DNA from: Lama glama
Taxonomy: Eukaryota
Length of the DNA stretch: 64,000 nucleotides
NCBI GenBank assembly: GCA_028534125.1
Contig: CM052848.1
Span: 12,834,001-12,898,000 of the forward strand
Direction of reading: 5' to 3'
The notes beneath the pieces were generated by a model that saw only the letters and a program-made list of their open reading frames with translations, was not told the origin of the DNA and ran no database searches. The position numbers and the translations under genes are program-made. Numbering within the stretch: the stretch's first letter is position 1; each line of letters opens with the position of its first letter. This document shows, in pieces, positions 34,720 to 48,146 of the stretch.

Positions 34720-36370
34720 ACAGTGCCCTCAGGAAGCTGTCAGGAGAATCAAGGGCGTCACCAGAGTGAAGTGCCAGGAAAGGAGCTGATCAGGGCGGTG
34801 CTCCCTGTCGCCACGGCTCTGCTACCCCGCCCTCTCCAAGGCAAACGCGCGGTTTCCACGGGAGCCGGGTTCCCGCAGGGCCCCCCGGAGGCTGGAGCGA
34901 GCGGACTCCTGTCCCGCCCCAGGTTAGCGGACGGGACTGAAACAAAACGGACAGCCTGGAGGGCCCTCCTTGGAGAGGCAGTATCGTCCATTGTAGAAAA
35001 TAAGGGACAAGCAATGGGGAAAGCCTGGAAGCGGCCAGGTTAATTACAAGCGCTGGAGAAAACCGTATTTCGTCTGTTAAAACAGGAGGACACAAATCAT
35101 CCACAACCGTAAACTGCCGACGTCCAGTGCACACGGGCGCGCTTTCTTTAAACTGGAAACACTTTGTGAAATCGTTTTAAACTAAAGACTTAGAAACTCA
35201 AGTTCCGAAAGAAGGCACTTGACGACTTGGAAGACGCAGACGACGGGCGCGGAGCTAACTCCCTTCCGGACGCGGGCCCTCTCGGCCCGCCGTCTCGCCG
35301 CGCGCTTTCACCGCGTCACAACCCGCGAGCTTCGCGTTCCCGCGCGCCGGGGCCCGCGCCGCGCAAGCGCAGTCGTCTCCGAGCGCCAGCGCCGGCGCCC
35401 GCGGGACTTGCGCGGCGCACAGTGCTGACGCAGCACGCACGCGCGTCAGCCCCTCGCCGGCGACGGCGCTGCGTCACGGACCTTCGAGCACTGCGCTCCC
35501 GAGACGGCGGCCCCTGCGGCCTCGGCGCTGGCGTCCCGCGCTCGGAGTCCGGTCGGCGGCGCGATGAGGCGCAGCAAGGCCGACGTGGAGCGGTACATCG
35601 CCTCGGTGCAGGGCTCCGCCCCATCGCCCCGAGAGGTGAGCCGGCCGGGGCGTGCGGCCTCCGGGCGGGCTGGCGGCGCCATGGCTCCGGCCGAGGCGCG
35701 GCCGGGCTGGCGGGCGGGGGGTGGGGAGGCGGCGGGCGTTGGCGCGGCGCTCCCTGCTTCTCCTTCTCCTTTTCTTTCTCCTCGGCGTCTCGGCGGCCCC
35801 GCTGCGCCCACGGCCCGGGCTCCTCGCCGGCCCTCACACTCCGCTTTGGACGCGGCCTTTACAGGCTTTTCGCTTTTCGGCGGAGTCTTGGGGATTCTAG
35901 GTTTCCTGCCGGGCCTTGCTCGTGGGGTAGGCCTTCCAGCCTTCCGAGAGGCCTCCTAGGGCGCTTTTCCTTCTCCGAGGTGGGCCGCGTGCTGGGTGAC
36001 CGGGGTGGGCGCTGGATCCTGAGTCACTGCCGGCTCGCAGGCTGTGGGGCGTGGGGCGCGCAGGGCGGAGTTAGGGCGTCTGTCCTCGGACCGGCAGTGT
36101 TAGACACGCAGGGCAGTGCTCGGCGCACGGTCAGCGCTCCGTGAGTGTGGCATTCTGGGCTCGGGCCAGAGGTTTTTCAGGGAATTAAAAGGGGAAGCGC
36201 ACGGACAGTCATGGCTATCGTGGCAGAGTCTGCGCGTCTTTCACCGCCCACTGGGCACGTGTTATCTTCCCGCTCCCAGCGACCCTGCGGGTATGGAGAC
36301 CTGCAGAGATTAAAGATACTCGCCCAGGGTCGGAGTGGTGGTGCGGCGGGATTCCGGCAGTGCGTGTGGT
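34720..36370 (+). promoter_or_regulatory. CpG-island promoter of RANBP2
   Basis: Dense CpG around exon 1; ETS-like CTTCCGG 35263-35269; NRF1-like GCGCAAGCGCA 35361-35371; CRE half-sites TGACG/CGTCA 35426-35476; no TATA box. Confidence 0.88.
35564..35635 (+). CDS. RANBP2: RANBP2 (NUP358) exon 1
   Basis: MRRSKADVERYIASVQGSAPSPRE|gtgagc, the recognisable RanBP2 N-terminus. Confidence 0.97.
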
Positions 36371-36746
36371 TTTCATTTAGAAATAGAGGAGTAGGTTACA
36401 GGCCATTCCTTCACAGGAGAGAAGGGTGCCTACAAACTTTGTAATTTCAAACTGCTGGCATAGTCGTAAATACAAACGTGGTACCAGAGTCTAAAACAGG
36501 GCTTTGTTTAATGTCTCTGTACTCTTGAAATTGATAGACTTTTATTTTCTAAAGCAGATCTGTAGCTTTTATGAAATTCTTGGTGGGGACCCGGATTCTC
36601 AAAAGGTTTAGAACCACTGTCTAGACAGGAGTTAGAATGTTCTTTGAACAAAACTTTTCTATCAAATGAAGAAGGGTGAGGACAAGACTTTAAAGGTTTT
36701 GGGGTTTTTTTTGGCCACCTATTTTGTATTTATAAAGAGTATTACT

Positions 36747-36835
36747 ATTATTTTAAATGGAAGTGCTGGGGATTAAACCCAGGACCTCGTGTATGCTAAG
36801 GATGCGCTCTACCACTGAGCTACAGCCACCTCTCC
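36747..36835 (-). mobile_element. Camelid tRNA-derived SINE (Vic-1-like)
   Basis: gtgctggggattaaacccaggacctcgtgtatgctaagg...ctctaccactgagctac; ~15-bp TSD ata(a/g)agagtatta(c/t)t. Confidence 0.88.
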
Positions 36836-37406
36836 ATAGAGAGTATTATTCTAATGAGATGTTCTCCTTCAAACAGGGGGAAATCATTTGCTTTAGAACC
36901 TGGGACTTCAGTGGAACATTAGCAAGTGATGACTTAGGAGCCTGTGACCGTATTCTTTTAGCGTGGGTCTGGGTGAAGCAGAGGCAGTGGCTGTGAGGAG
37001 TAGAAAGAGACTGGTATTGACGTGGTGCCCAGTTTGGCAGAGACTGGCTGTGAGTGAACTGACTTACCAGGATGTCCGAGTTCTAGGGGCAGTGATGGGG
37101 CCACAGTCTCCTGTCTTTCCAGGCCTCCATTGTGCTGTCGTTTGTTCCTCTCCTTTTTGCTTTGGCCATTTTCTACTCTTTCATGCCTGCTTTTGCCTTT
37201 GGTGAAAGTGTCACTTACGTTTCTTTAGTTTTTTTCCCAGATGGCTTCTATTTAGTTTTCTTAGAGTTCTGTCTAGTTGGCTTCCTATTCCTCACTTCTG
37301 ATTTCCTGCTTCTCAGGGGCAACTTGACAGCTCTTAGTTGTTCTAGCATTGACACCTGTGCTTCATACTTCTGAACATACGTATATACTTCTAACATATG
37401 TATATA

Positions 37407-37653
37407 CAGGGACCCTCGAACAACATGGGTTTGAACAGCACAGGTCTACTCCTGTGTGGGTTTTTTTCAGTAAATACGGACTGTAGTACTGTACAACCCA
37501 GTGTTGTGAGTCTGAGGATGTGGAAACTTGGGTACAGAGGAGCCAAGACTGTAGAGGAACCCTGTGTACAGGGGACTGGCTGCAAGTCTGTGTGAATTTT
37601 CTACTGCCAGGGAGTCAGTGTTACTAACCCCTGCTTTGTTCAATGGTCAACTG
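37407..37653. mobile_element. MER8/Tigger2-type TcMar MITE
   Basis: TIRs cagggaccctcgaacaacatggg / tttgttcaatggtcaactg flanked by TA. Confidence 0.85.
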
Positions 37654-39559
37654 TATTTTTCTTTATCTACTTTTCCCGATTTTAGACACTTTTTATTGGC
37701 TTTCAACTCAGTTCCTCCAAATCTGTTCACAGATATATTTATTTTCACCCTCATATTTCCAGTTATGTTATTGCAAATTTTAGTTAAATTATTATCTAGT
37801 GTTTATATAATTATGGGAAGGTAAATATTTTTGCATTTGAGCCACCTTTATAGTTTTTTCCCCCAGAGTTAATAATAATTGCTCTATTTTTTGGTTTGTT
37901 TTGTTTCCTTTGATATATTACTAATTCTGTACCCAAATTCAATTCAGACTCTCAAGTGTTAACAGATAGGTTGCACAATCCACCAATTTTAGCTTAAAAA
38001 AATTTTTTTAAAGAGTCTTCCTTCTGGATTACTCTTGTCTGATTGCTCCTCCTTGGGCCAGTTGCTGCTTCTCTTTGCTACACAGCTGTGCTACTGGGCT
38101 TTCCTGTATCATCATCTTGAGAATTCCTTTCACCTCTTTTCTGGTGTTAAACTCTTGGTTTCCTGTAACTCGTGTCCACTGTTTTGGTGTAGCACAATCT
38201 CCAGTTTGCTTTGAGTAGGAATCGATGGGAATTTTTTTTTTAAACATCGTATGTCTCAAGAATGTCTTTACCTAATCGATTGGTTATCAGATTCTAGGTT
38301 TGAAATAATTTTTTCCTCAATTTTGAGAGCACTGCTTCATTTTTGAATTGTACTGTTAGAAGTGTGATGTGATTTTTAGTTCTGAATAGCTTACAGGTTT
38401 TCTGGAAGTTTCAATTGACAAGCTCATTTCTTTCCGTGTGGGACATTTTTTATGTTATTTCTTCGAGCTTTTCTTCTCTCTTGCTTTTTTTTTCCCTCTT
38501 ATTTTTCTGACGTTCTTAGTAATTGAAAGTTGGTTCTGACTTGATCATCCAAATTTTTGTCTCTTATTTGTGTCCTCTGTTGTATTTTTTGAGAGATGTT
38601 TTTTAACCTAATCTTCCCAGCAAAGGGGAGTGGGAACACACTGTTCAGTACCTAAATGTTGCTTATCCCCCTTTCCCTCACCCTTGTCAGGACTCCATAA
38701 GTTTGGAACCCACCAGTTTATACTAGAACAAACCTATTTACTTCAGGTTTTTACAGGGGATGTATGCAAGAGGCGGAGTCAGGGGGCTGTGTAAGTTGAA
38801 GGGTCATGTGGCATCTCTTGAGGTCTGAATGTGCTGTTTTCAGCCCCACAGCAGTTCTCCAGACTTAGCAGCTAAAGTGAATTCAAGTATTTGCTCACAG
38901 TGGCATGACGTGTCATGGGAAGCAGCACTGGCCCAGCCAGGGGCTGTCCTGTGTGCTCCTTTCTCGCTGTGTGTCCTTCACAAGGCACTGAACCCACCTG
39001 GGCTCTCCCCTCATAAAATGAGGAGACTAGAGACAGAAGAGTATCACGTTTCCCCTAAATTTTGTGATTCTGTGTATTAGTCTTTAATAATTGTTTAATC
39101 ATCTGAAGATAGTCCTCTTTAGTGAGGTAGTTGGGAGCAAAATGGGTTATGGTGTTGATTTTTCTGTGATGTGTTGACATTGTACCTTGTGGAAGTCTGT
39201 TTTAAAAAGTGTGGGGGGAGCTGCGTTCCTGTCAGTGCCAGTTTGAATGTTGTGTATTACTATTGTCGTAAACATCCTCCTGTCTTATAAATTCATGAAT
39301 TCATGGGTTTGGGGAAGGAAGGCTGTGTACCAAATTCTGATGTATTCCTTTCTTTGCTTTTTAAAGTATTTCTTACTAACTACAGTTCTGTCCTTCTTGA
39401 TTTGTTTTCTCAGATATTTAAGAATCCTAAAGTTTAACATTGTTTATAGTTTTAGAATATATCCTGCTATGGATGTACAGTAAATATTGTCATACTGAGA
39501 TCATATGGAATGACTTTCTGGGTGTAAGTCACTATTTTGACATGAAAGTAAGTATGTTT

Positions 39560-40845
39560 TCAACACCTTTATGGAGAGTAATTTATATACTGTACAATTC
39601 ACCCATTTAAAGTGTACAGTTTAAAGAGTTTCAGTGTATGATTGATGTTTTAAATTGTGGTAAACTATGTATAACAAAATTTGCCATTTTAATAACTTTA
39701 AGGTATATAACTCAGTTGCGTTAGTGATGTTTAACCTTCACCACTGTCTATTTCTAAAACTTTTCATCACCTCAAACTGAAACTTTTTAACTATTTAGCA
39801 ATAATTCCCCTGGTTCCTCTTCTCCCTAGCCCTGGTTACCTTGAATCTACTTTCCCACTTTACGAATTTGCCTATTTTAAGTATTTCATTNNNNNNNNNN
39901 NNNNNNNNNNNNNNNNNNNNNNNNNNNNNNNNNNNNNNNNNNNNNNNNNNNNNNNNNNNNNNNNNNNNNNNNNNNNNNNNNNNNNNNNNNNNNNNNNNNN
40001 NNNNNNNNNNNNNNNNNNNNNNNNNNNNNNNNNNNNNNNNNNNNNNNNNNNNNNNNNNNNNNNNNNNNNNNNNNNNNNNNTGGCTATTACTGAGTAATGC
40101 TGCTGTGAACATGGTACAGTGTACAGGCATTGCTTAGAGACCTTGTTTTTAATTATTTTGGGTATATGTATTTCTAGGAGTAGAATTGCTGGGTATAGCC
40201 TGTGTTTAGCTTTTGAGGAATTGCCGAACTATTTCTGTAGTGGCTGCACCATTTTCTATCTCCACTAGCAGCGTGAGAGGGTTCCAGTTTCTCCACATTC
40301 TTTTTTTTTCTCTTTTGATTTGTAGCCATCCTGATGAGGGTTTTTTCTTGCGAGTTTGATTTGCATTTTCCTGATTACTAATAACATTAATGTTGAGCAT
40401 CTTTTCCTGGCTTATTGGCCATTTGTATATCCTTTTTAGAGTAGTGTCTACTCAAGCCTTCTACTTTGGGTTTTTTAATTGAATATTTGTGTTTGTGTTA
40501 TTGAGTTGTAGAAATTCTTTATGTATTTCGGGTATGATTTCCCAGTATTTTCTCTCATTCCCTAAGTTGCCTTTTCACTTTCTTTATAATGTCAGTTGAT
40601 GCAAAAAAAGTTTAATTTTGCTGAATTTTATTTTATCTGTTGTTTCTATTGTTTCTTGTGCTTTTGGTGTCATACCTAAGAATCCATTGCCAAATTGGAG
40701 ATAATGAAGACTTACCCTTATGTTTTTTTCTAAGAGTTTTATGGTTTTTAGTTTCTATTGATCCATCTTGAGTTAATTTTTATACATAGTGTGAGGAAGG
40801 GATTTGGTTTCATTCTTTTGCATGTGGGAAATCAGTTGTACTATC
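39560..40845 (-). mobile_element. L1MB-like element spanning the N-gap at 39891-40080
   Basis: acaattcacccatttaaagtgtacag...tgctgctgtgaacat...gtagaattgctggg...ttttggtgtcatacctaagaatccattgcc. Confidence 0.85.
39891..40080. other. Unsequenced gap (190 N) inside an L1
   Basis: Run of N flanked on both sides by colinear L1 sequence. Confidence 1.
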
Positions 40846-41669
40846 ATCCTTAGAGTAAAACTAACCTGCCTCACAAAGCTCTAAACCCAGCTCACACTGA
40901 GTGCAAATCTAAACTCAGCTGTATTACTGAGTGAACAATCCTGTGGCAGGTGAATTCTCTTTACAGGGATAGGAAGAAGATATGTCAGGGACCAAAAGTT
41001 GAGGTCTCTGAATATTTGGCTGCCTAAACCCAGTACGGTAACTTCTGGTACCTCTAGTTTAAAACTAAAAAGATCAAAAGGATTGGGAGAAGCCACTTTC
41101 AGGGTCCGTAAATCCTTTATCAGAGATTTTTTCTGAATTTTTTCCTCCTGCTTCACTGGTGTTTTCTCTCTATTCAGCTTAGGAAACTTCTGTTATGCCT
41201 TTGACAGGTGTACTGGACCCAATGCTGCCTCCTCCCCAGGGCATAGAGGGGAGGTGAGAGGGAGGTGAGTGGCATTGGGGCCTTCCACTTACTCTGCTTT
41301 TTGTAAGTCTCCGTGTGCCAGGCCAGGGTCACTTAACAGGGTCCTCTCTGTCAGCCAAGTCTCTCAAACTCATTGTCCCTCAGCTGTTGTTTCACTAGAA
41401 GAGTAAGAATCTTGATCTTCCATTCATAACTGTCTCTGATGAGATGATGAGGCGTTTGATTACCTTTCATAGTCACTCTGCCATTTATTTACCTTTATTG
41501 TATTTCTTCACTCTGACTTTGAAAGTCCTGGACGGAAATCACATCACATCAGTACCCGCCATTGCCTTTATTTACATGAAACAGACTCCTTAGGGCCTCC
41601 CCAGTTGATGAAGTGCCTTCTGGTTTCAGTCACTGGCTGGACTGAAGTATGCAAGCGCCAGAGGAAGTA

Positions 41670-42250
41670 AGTTGGAGAGCTGGGCAGGCACTGTGTCATG
41701 CTAATCCTAGATGAGAGATTTAGGTATCTTCAAAGTGTAATGGAAGCCATAAAAGAATTTAAAATTTAAACAAAAGCATAGTGTGATTTGTCTTATGTTT
41801 ATGTTTTAAAATGGTACTTCTTTGGAGAATGAATTAGATGGGCACTGAAGAGGAAGGAATGAGCCTTTGCAGTAGCCCCAGGAGCTGTCATGGCAAGCAG
41901 GGAATTTGGTGTAGCAATGGAGCTGTAGAGAAATGGACTGCTTGAGATAACTTAAAAGGCAGCACTGATGATATTTTGCACCTGAGTTTAGAGCTCAGGA
42001 GTGATGAGAGCCAGAGATATGTATTTGAGAGTCAGTGTACCATCAGTAGCCCCAGGTGAGATGGACCGTGTGTCCCCTACGAGACACTGGGAGAGAGAAG
42101 AGGACCTGGGACCAATTCCTGGGACGCTGATGCATGAGGAGGAGCCTGTGAAGGAGCTGGAGAAGGAATGGCCACCAAGGTAGAAGTCAAACTAAAGAGA
42201 GCCTGATATTTTTTGAAGTCACGAGAAGAGGATTTCAGGAAGATGGCTGT
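41670..42250 (-). mobile_element. L2 fragment
   Basis: aatggaagccataaaagaattt...gagctcagga...tttgagagtcag...aaggagctggagaaggaatggcca. Confidence 0.65.
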
Positions 42251-43490
42251 TATTTAAGAGTACCTTTTACAGATTTCCTAAGAAGGAAAAATTGAAACTG
42301 TACATAGTAAACCGTAGAGATTAGTTACTGTAGTTCATCTGCTGTCTGGTCTGCCCTAGGTAACCACTTCTTTACTTCAGTCAGGTTTCTGGTCAAATAT
42401 GCCTTTAATGAGACCTTTTCTGACAACCTGGTCTCTCTCCTGTTTTGTACAGTCTGTCATGCTGTTTTTTGTCCCCCTCCACTGTAACCAACTAAGAAAG
42501 AAGGAACACTGCCAGCCAGCAAGACAGTCAGGGTGCCTGTGGTTTGTGAGGATGAACGCTGACTTCGGCTTTGTCAAAGTGCGGTGTGCTGTCAGTAACT
42601 GCTGCAGTGCTGTGAGGTAGCACTGTTCTGCTCCCGCACACATCACTGTGTGCTTGTCACCCTTCCTGAAGTGCAGGCTCGTGCGTGAGGACAGAGAAAC
42701 TGACTGCTGATCTGCGATACCAGAACCGTGAACAGGAGGCATGGCGGACAGATCCAGTGTCTGCGTTTTTAGGATTAAAATCAGTAAATGAAAACATTAC
42801 TTTGTAGATTGCTTTTTTCACTTAATCTATTGATTGTTGTTTTCCTGTGTCCTTGTATAGTTTTAAAAAATACGATGTTTGATGACCGTGTACTTGTATC
42901 GCATGTACGTGAAGTCATCTGGTACATCCCAGCATTCTGGACTTTGGAACTTACAGAGAAAAAAAGAGCCAGGTTGTGGCCTTGGATGATTACCAGGAGA
43001 ATTCAGTTTTTATTTCTGCCTCTTTAATTCCTTGAGTGTAAAGTAATGATCTGTGGAGAGGTCAGTAACTGGACTAAGGAATCCCCAGTGCCTTAAAGGG
43101 CCTGAGGTACCTTCTAACTCTTCCACATGAGGCTCACACGAGGAAGGAGACGTAAGGTCCCTGAAGTACTTTTCCTCTCCCCAGAAAAGTGGCTTCCTGT
43201 CTCTTTCCTTAACTGTGAAGTGAGGGAGTGGCACCATGTGATCCTAAGGTTTCTTGCTGATGTCTGATGTCATCTTGTCTTGCTGTTCTTAAATTTATTT
43301 TTTATTTCATGAGAATTAGAAAACATGGAATCTTGACTTTTAGAACATACATGCATTTGTACAAGCAATTCTTTTTAACGTTTTAACTAAACAAAAAAAA
43401 TATATTAATGTTAACCTTGATTTTTAGTTCTTGTGAAAATATGCAAAATTCAAAATATGAAAAATAAATGAATTCTTAATTTTTTTTTAG

Positions 43491-43558
43491 AAGTCAATGA
43501 AAGGATTCTATTTTGCAAAGCTGTATTATGAAGCTAAAGAATATGATCTTGCTAAAAA
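43491..43558 (+). CDS. RANBP2: RANBP2 exon 2 (TPR region)
   Basis: ttttag|KSMKGFYFAKLYYEAKEYDLAK|gtaagt. Confidence 0.96.
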
Positions 43559-43659
43559 GTAAGTATCAAACTGTAAACTTAATTTTCTAAGCCCAATGCC
43601 TTTACCTCATGTTCTTTGAAATGGATAAAAGTAAGTTCTTTTTGGCAGTTTTTTCCAAG

Positions 43660-44172
43660 TGTGTTCTGGGAATAAGGGAATCATCGATCAGATTGATGGT
43701 GAGGACTAGTCTGGACCCTCGGAGATGGAGTTCAGGGTGATACTGTCTGCATGCCCACCGCTTGTTTATACCTAGGGCAAGAGGTCATTTGGTTAACGTT
43801 TTCTCTGAAGATTGTCCTGGGTTAGAGTAAAAGAGAATCATGGTTATATCTTCATTTCTTCCTGGTTAGATATCTGCTCTTATCAACTGGAAAATAGCAT
43901 GAATACAAAGTTAAACTGTAATTCCAGGCGGGAGAATAGCTTGCGCAAAAGATTTTAATTGACTGAATAGGTGGATCCTCTGAGGCTATCTTATCACAGG
44001 ACCAAGAAGGTTGGGGATCTGGTTTTCTGAGTTGTAGTGGCTTAAAGCGGGAAATTAGGAGGGAGGCAGGCTATTAGTGGCATTGTTGGAAAGATGTAAA
44101 GATAAGTAAGGAAAGTGTTAGCACCTTTATTTAACTAGCAGCACTTGGGCTGTTAACCCTGTTCCTTGTTAC
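43660..44172 (-). mobile_element. Possible LTR fragment
   Basis: Minus strand begins TGTAACAAGG and carries TATAAA near 43770; other end and TSD not found. Confidence 0.4.
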
Positions 44173-44832
44173 AATGGCACTTTTTCCTCCAGTGTTGATC
44201 TTTGGGCTAATTTCTCCTGTGATAACATTCACTGAGCCTAGAAAATGCTCATTTTTAGTTGCCACTTGAGTTAAGGAGTGGAAGTCACCTGCTTTTCATC
44301 CTGTAGGGAGTGGTTCTTCCTCTGCGCTGTTTCAGCTGCACACAGGCCTCTTAGATGTTGTTTTCTTATTAAATAGGTGAATGTTCTCTTGGTTGCTTGG
44401 AAATTGTTGCTCTTTAATATTTTGCATTATGATAACTTAGAAGATATTTACTGTAATCACGTTTGAATTTCTATGCAAAACTTTTTAGTGCTTTACCAAA
44501 ATGTAGTCAGAAAAGAATATAATTTATGCATTCATTTCTTATGAGTAGCACTGGAAAGAGCATTTGGTAAATGTAGCGTTTTAAAGTAAAATGAGTATGT
44601 TGTCAACTTGGTATGTGTGTTCGTGTTTAAGAATTACCTGTTTTTTTCCTGTGGGTGCTTTTGAGTTATCTGCATATTCTACTTTAAGTGAATAGTGCTG
44701 TCAACAATGAGAATAACAGTGTAAATTAGTTTAGTGGTTGCTTTGGCTTAAGATATTCTCTCAGCATTTAAATACAGTTCTAAATGTCGTAATTTAAAGA
44801 TGATTTGTTTTTATATTATTATTTTTAAACAG

Positions 44833-44944
44833 ATATATATCTACATATATTAACGTGCAAGAAAGGGATCCCAAAGCTCACAGATTTCTTGGTCTTCTTT
44901 ATGAAGTGGAGGAAAACATAGACAAAGCTGTTGAATGTTACAAG
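44833..44944 (+). CDS. RANBP2: RANBP2 exon 3
   Basis: aaacag|YISTYINVQERDPKAHRFLGLLYEVEENIDKAVECYK|gtaaac. Confidence 0.96.
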
Positions 44945-45094
44945 GTAAACTATATAAGATTAATAATTAGCCTTTGCACAGCCAAACGTGCATATGCCCA
45001 GGTTAATTTATATGATAAATAATTTGAATATATTTTATGGATGTCTTGAAAACAAGCACTGGTATCACTTTATTTATTTGGATAAATTTTTTTG

Positions 45095-45274
45095 TCTTAA
45101 TTTTTATATTTTTTGGGGGGAGAGGTAGTTAGGTTTATCTTATTAATTTATTTTGGGGGGTATAATTAGGTTTATTTACTTAATTTATTTTTAGAGGAGT
45201 TACTGGGGATTGAACCCAGTACCTCGTGCATGCTAACTAAGCAGGCAGGCGCTCTACCACTGAGATATCCCCCC
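45095..45274 (-). mobile_element. Camelid tRNA-derived SINE (Vic-1-like) with duplicated tail unit
   Basis: tactggggattgaacccagtacctcgtgcatgc...ctctaccactgag; the gggggg...ttaggtttat tail motif occurs twice. Confidence 0.88.
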
Positions 45275-45407
45275 TTTGTCAGATTTTAAATTATTTGGCC
45301 CAAAGTATGCTATTTTATCATAAAGAGCTTAGCATTTGTAAAAGAAGATTAACACCTATAAATTTTAAGTCTACCATAGTCAGAAAGTGCTGTTCTTATG
45401 TGTGTGG

Positions 45408-45491
45408 TTTCCTCCCATCCTTCCTTCCCTCCCAGCCATCCCTCCTTCCCTCTCTCCTTCCTTTTGTCTTTCCTTCCTTCCCTTTCTTTTT
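45408..45491. repeat. (CCTT)n-like pyrimidine microsatellite
   Basis: Imperfect cctt/ccct array. Confidence 0.75.
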
Positions 45492-45691
45492 TACATTTAC
45501 CTAATAAAAACATAATTCTTACTTTATTCATCTTCAGAAAACTTCCAGATACTTTAATTTTAACAACCTTGAAAAAACATGTTATCATTAAGAAATACTT
45601 TTTAATGGGGTCAGTTGATAAATTTTTAACTTTTATGTATGAGTTATGGATTAGGAATCCTACTAATCTGTTATTTCTTTTCTGATGTCAG

Positions 45692-45844
45692 CGTTCAGTG
45701 GAATTAAACCCAACACAAAAAGATCTTGTGTTGAAGATTGCAGAATTGCTCTGTAAAAACGATGTTAGTGATGGCAGAGCGAAATACTGGGTTGAAAGGG
45801 CAGCTAAACTGTTTCCAGGAAGTCCTGCAATTTACAAGCTAAAG
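45692..45844 (+). CDS. RANBP2: RANBP2 exon 4
   Basis: tgtcag|RSVELNPTQKDLVLKIAELLCKND...PGSPAIYKLK|gtaaaa. Confidence 0.96.
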
Positions 45845-45964
45845 GTAAAAAAAAAGAGCAAAACAAAACATTTAGTAAAAGCAGTTGGGGAAAACTTAAG
45901 ACACAACTATTTCTTATATTTAGAGTTTAAATGACGTTTCAGTAGCAAGCCTTACATGGGGGAT

Positions 45965-46210
45965 GGGGAGTTGGGGGTGAAGGGGGACAGAAGGGTACAA
46001 ATCTTTAGTTCCAGATAAATAAGTTCTTGGGATGTAATGTGTAGCATTACCATAGTCAACAATACTGTGTTGTACATTTGAAAGTTGCTAAGAGAATAGA
46101 TCTTAAAAGTTTTCATCACAAGAAGAATAATTTGTAACTGTGAGGTGATGGATGTTAACTTATTGTGAAAGTCATTTCACAATATATACATATATTGCAA
46201 TATGCTGTCT
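45965..46210 (+). mobile_element. L1MA-like 3' end
   Basis: aataagttcttgggatgtaatgtgtagcat...ttgaaagttgctaagagaatagatcttaaaagt. Confidence 0.8.
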
Positions 46211-46674
46211 ATTTAGGCATTAGTTTGCTTTACAAATGGCATCTCATTTACCCTTATGGAATAAAGAATATTTTAGGGATTTTACTGTTTTGTAGCTAAG
46301 TAGTGGAGCTAAGATTTAAACTGAGCTATATCTGATACAAAATCTTTGCTTCATTGGGTGAAAAGTACCCACAGGATGACAGTTTAGAATTATAAAACTT
46401 TTAAAGAACTGTTACCTAAAAACGGAAAGTATTGTTCATGGGATAGTGAAGTTATAAAGGAAAAGTTAAAAGACAGTTTCTCTAGTATGTTACAGATAAT
46501 CACTAAAAAGGATAGAAAGTTGTTGCTAATGTATTAACTGTTTCTGATTATTCTCTACTGGGTAAAATATAGTTTACTGAGTGATTCTTTTGGAAAAAGT
46601 CCTAGTGTGCTAAGCAAACAGAATTTTAAGTGTATATTGTTTTTAACAGGACCCCTCCCCCATACATGTTTCTG

Positions 46675-47240
46675 ATAGAATTTTTTAAACTTCTGAATTT
46701 TGAAATAATTACCAAGATTTTTCTCAGGAAGTTGCAAAGGTTGTACAGAGAGATCCTGAGTCTGTGTCACCCAGCTACACCCTAATGTAACTATCGCACA
46801 GACCAAAATCAGGCTTTGCCGTGGATGCAGTGTTCATCTCGTCGTGTGCAGGCGCACAACCAGGCCTGCAGCCACGACACAAAGCTGCCCTGTCGCCATG
46901 GGTTCGCTTTCCCACCATTCCTGTTGTCACGTCTGCCCCCCTTCCCGTCATCCTGCCACCTTGCTGATTTGTTCTGTCTTTGTAATTTTGTAATTAAAAA
47001 ACATTACATAAACAGAATCATGCAGCCTGTGACCTTCTGAGGTTGCCTCTTTCCCTCTGCCCAGTGCTTCTGAGACCGGTCAAGTTGCATGTGTTCGTGA
47101 TTGGTTCCTTTCTTTCATTGCTAAGTAGTATTTTGTCGTATGAATGTTGTACAGTTTAATCATTTACTTTTGAGGGAGATTTTGGTTGTTTCTAGTTTTT
47201 AGCTATTACAAATCTGGTATGAACAATCGTGTACAGATTT
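46675..47240 (-). mobile_element. L1MC/MD-like fragment
   Basis: ttttgaaataattacc...ggaagttgcaaa...agaatcatgcagcctgtgaccttctga...ttcattgctaagtagtatt. Confidence 0.75.
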
Positions 47241-48146
47241 TAAAATCTAATGTATTTTTTAAAACTCCTAGAAATAAATAATAGTAGTATTAAGGTTTTT
47301 TCCTCCCTGTGATATACACCCAGGTTTTAAATATTAATCTGAAATGTTAGGTTTCGGTGTGCAGATTTCTTTACCTTATTACTTTGTTTTATGCCTCAAA
47401 CATAATTTCCTTATTGGTCATGACAGTCCAGTCCATTGGTGACAATGGCATTAAAGACTGTATATATGAGGGAGGGTGTTATTTTTCTTGCAGTGTAACA
47501 AAAGTTAAATGTTTCTGAAGCATCCTAATGTTTTTTAATGACTCTTTAAGGACACCGTTGTCTAAAAGTAAACCTAATGTCAAATCAGGGAGGGGAGGAA
47601 TAGCTGGAGAGCAAGTCCTTTAGAAAAGGGGATAATCCGCAAGTTTGGGGGGGGGGCATGATCTGGAGGTGACTTTGAGAATGAGGAGTCCTAAACTCCA
47701 CGTCCTCTACTTGCATGTAGACCAGCAGAGAAGGGACGAGGCTGTCTTGAAATGTCACTGCATTCAGTGGGGTCAGAAGGTGAAGACTCTGAGAAGGTAG
47801 TGGAGTAGGGGGCAGGGGGTTGAATCAGATGCAGGGAGAGCCAGTGTCCTTCAGGGATGAGGGCCCTGGGTAAGAATGACTGGAGAGGCCAAGGCTTCTG
47901 GTAGTGACCAGGGTGTGCAGGGCCGCAGGGCAGGAGCTCTGGTGGTGTCTGAGGTGAGGATGGCGGCCACTGCTACTGTGTAGTCCCAAGTGTTCCTGTC
48001 CACGTGCCTGTACTGGAAGTGACTCTGAAGGGTGGCAGTTCTGGTGGGAATTTACTAAAGCCAGACACTGGGGTGGTGCTCATGGGAACCATGAGGCGTT
48101 TAAAATTGTACAGATGTTTCTTTAATGAACGGTTCTTTAAAAATAG

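Noticed and set aside
35227-36144. 305-aa Arg/Gly/Ala-rich ORF over the RANBP2 promoter
   Set aside because: Non-ATG start, and stop-codon scarcity is expected in a CpG island; it overlaps the true exon 1 in another frame
36760-36835. tRNA-like sequences here and at ~28.9, 45.2 and 54.6 kb
   Set aside because: They have A-rich tails, TSDs and degenerate stems, so they are SINEs, not tRNA genes
39891-40080. Second N-gap as a possible hidden feature
   Set aside because: Both flanks are colinear L1 sequence, so the gap most likely contains the intervening L1 segment
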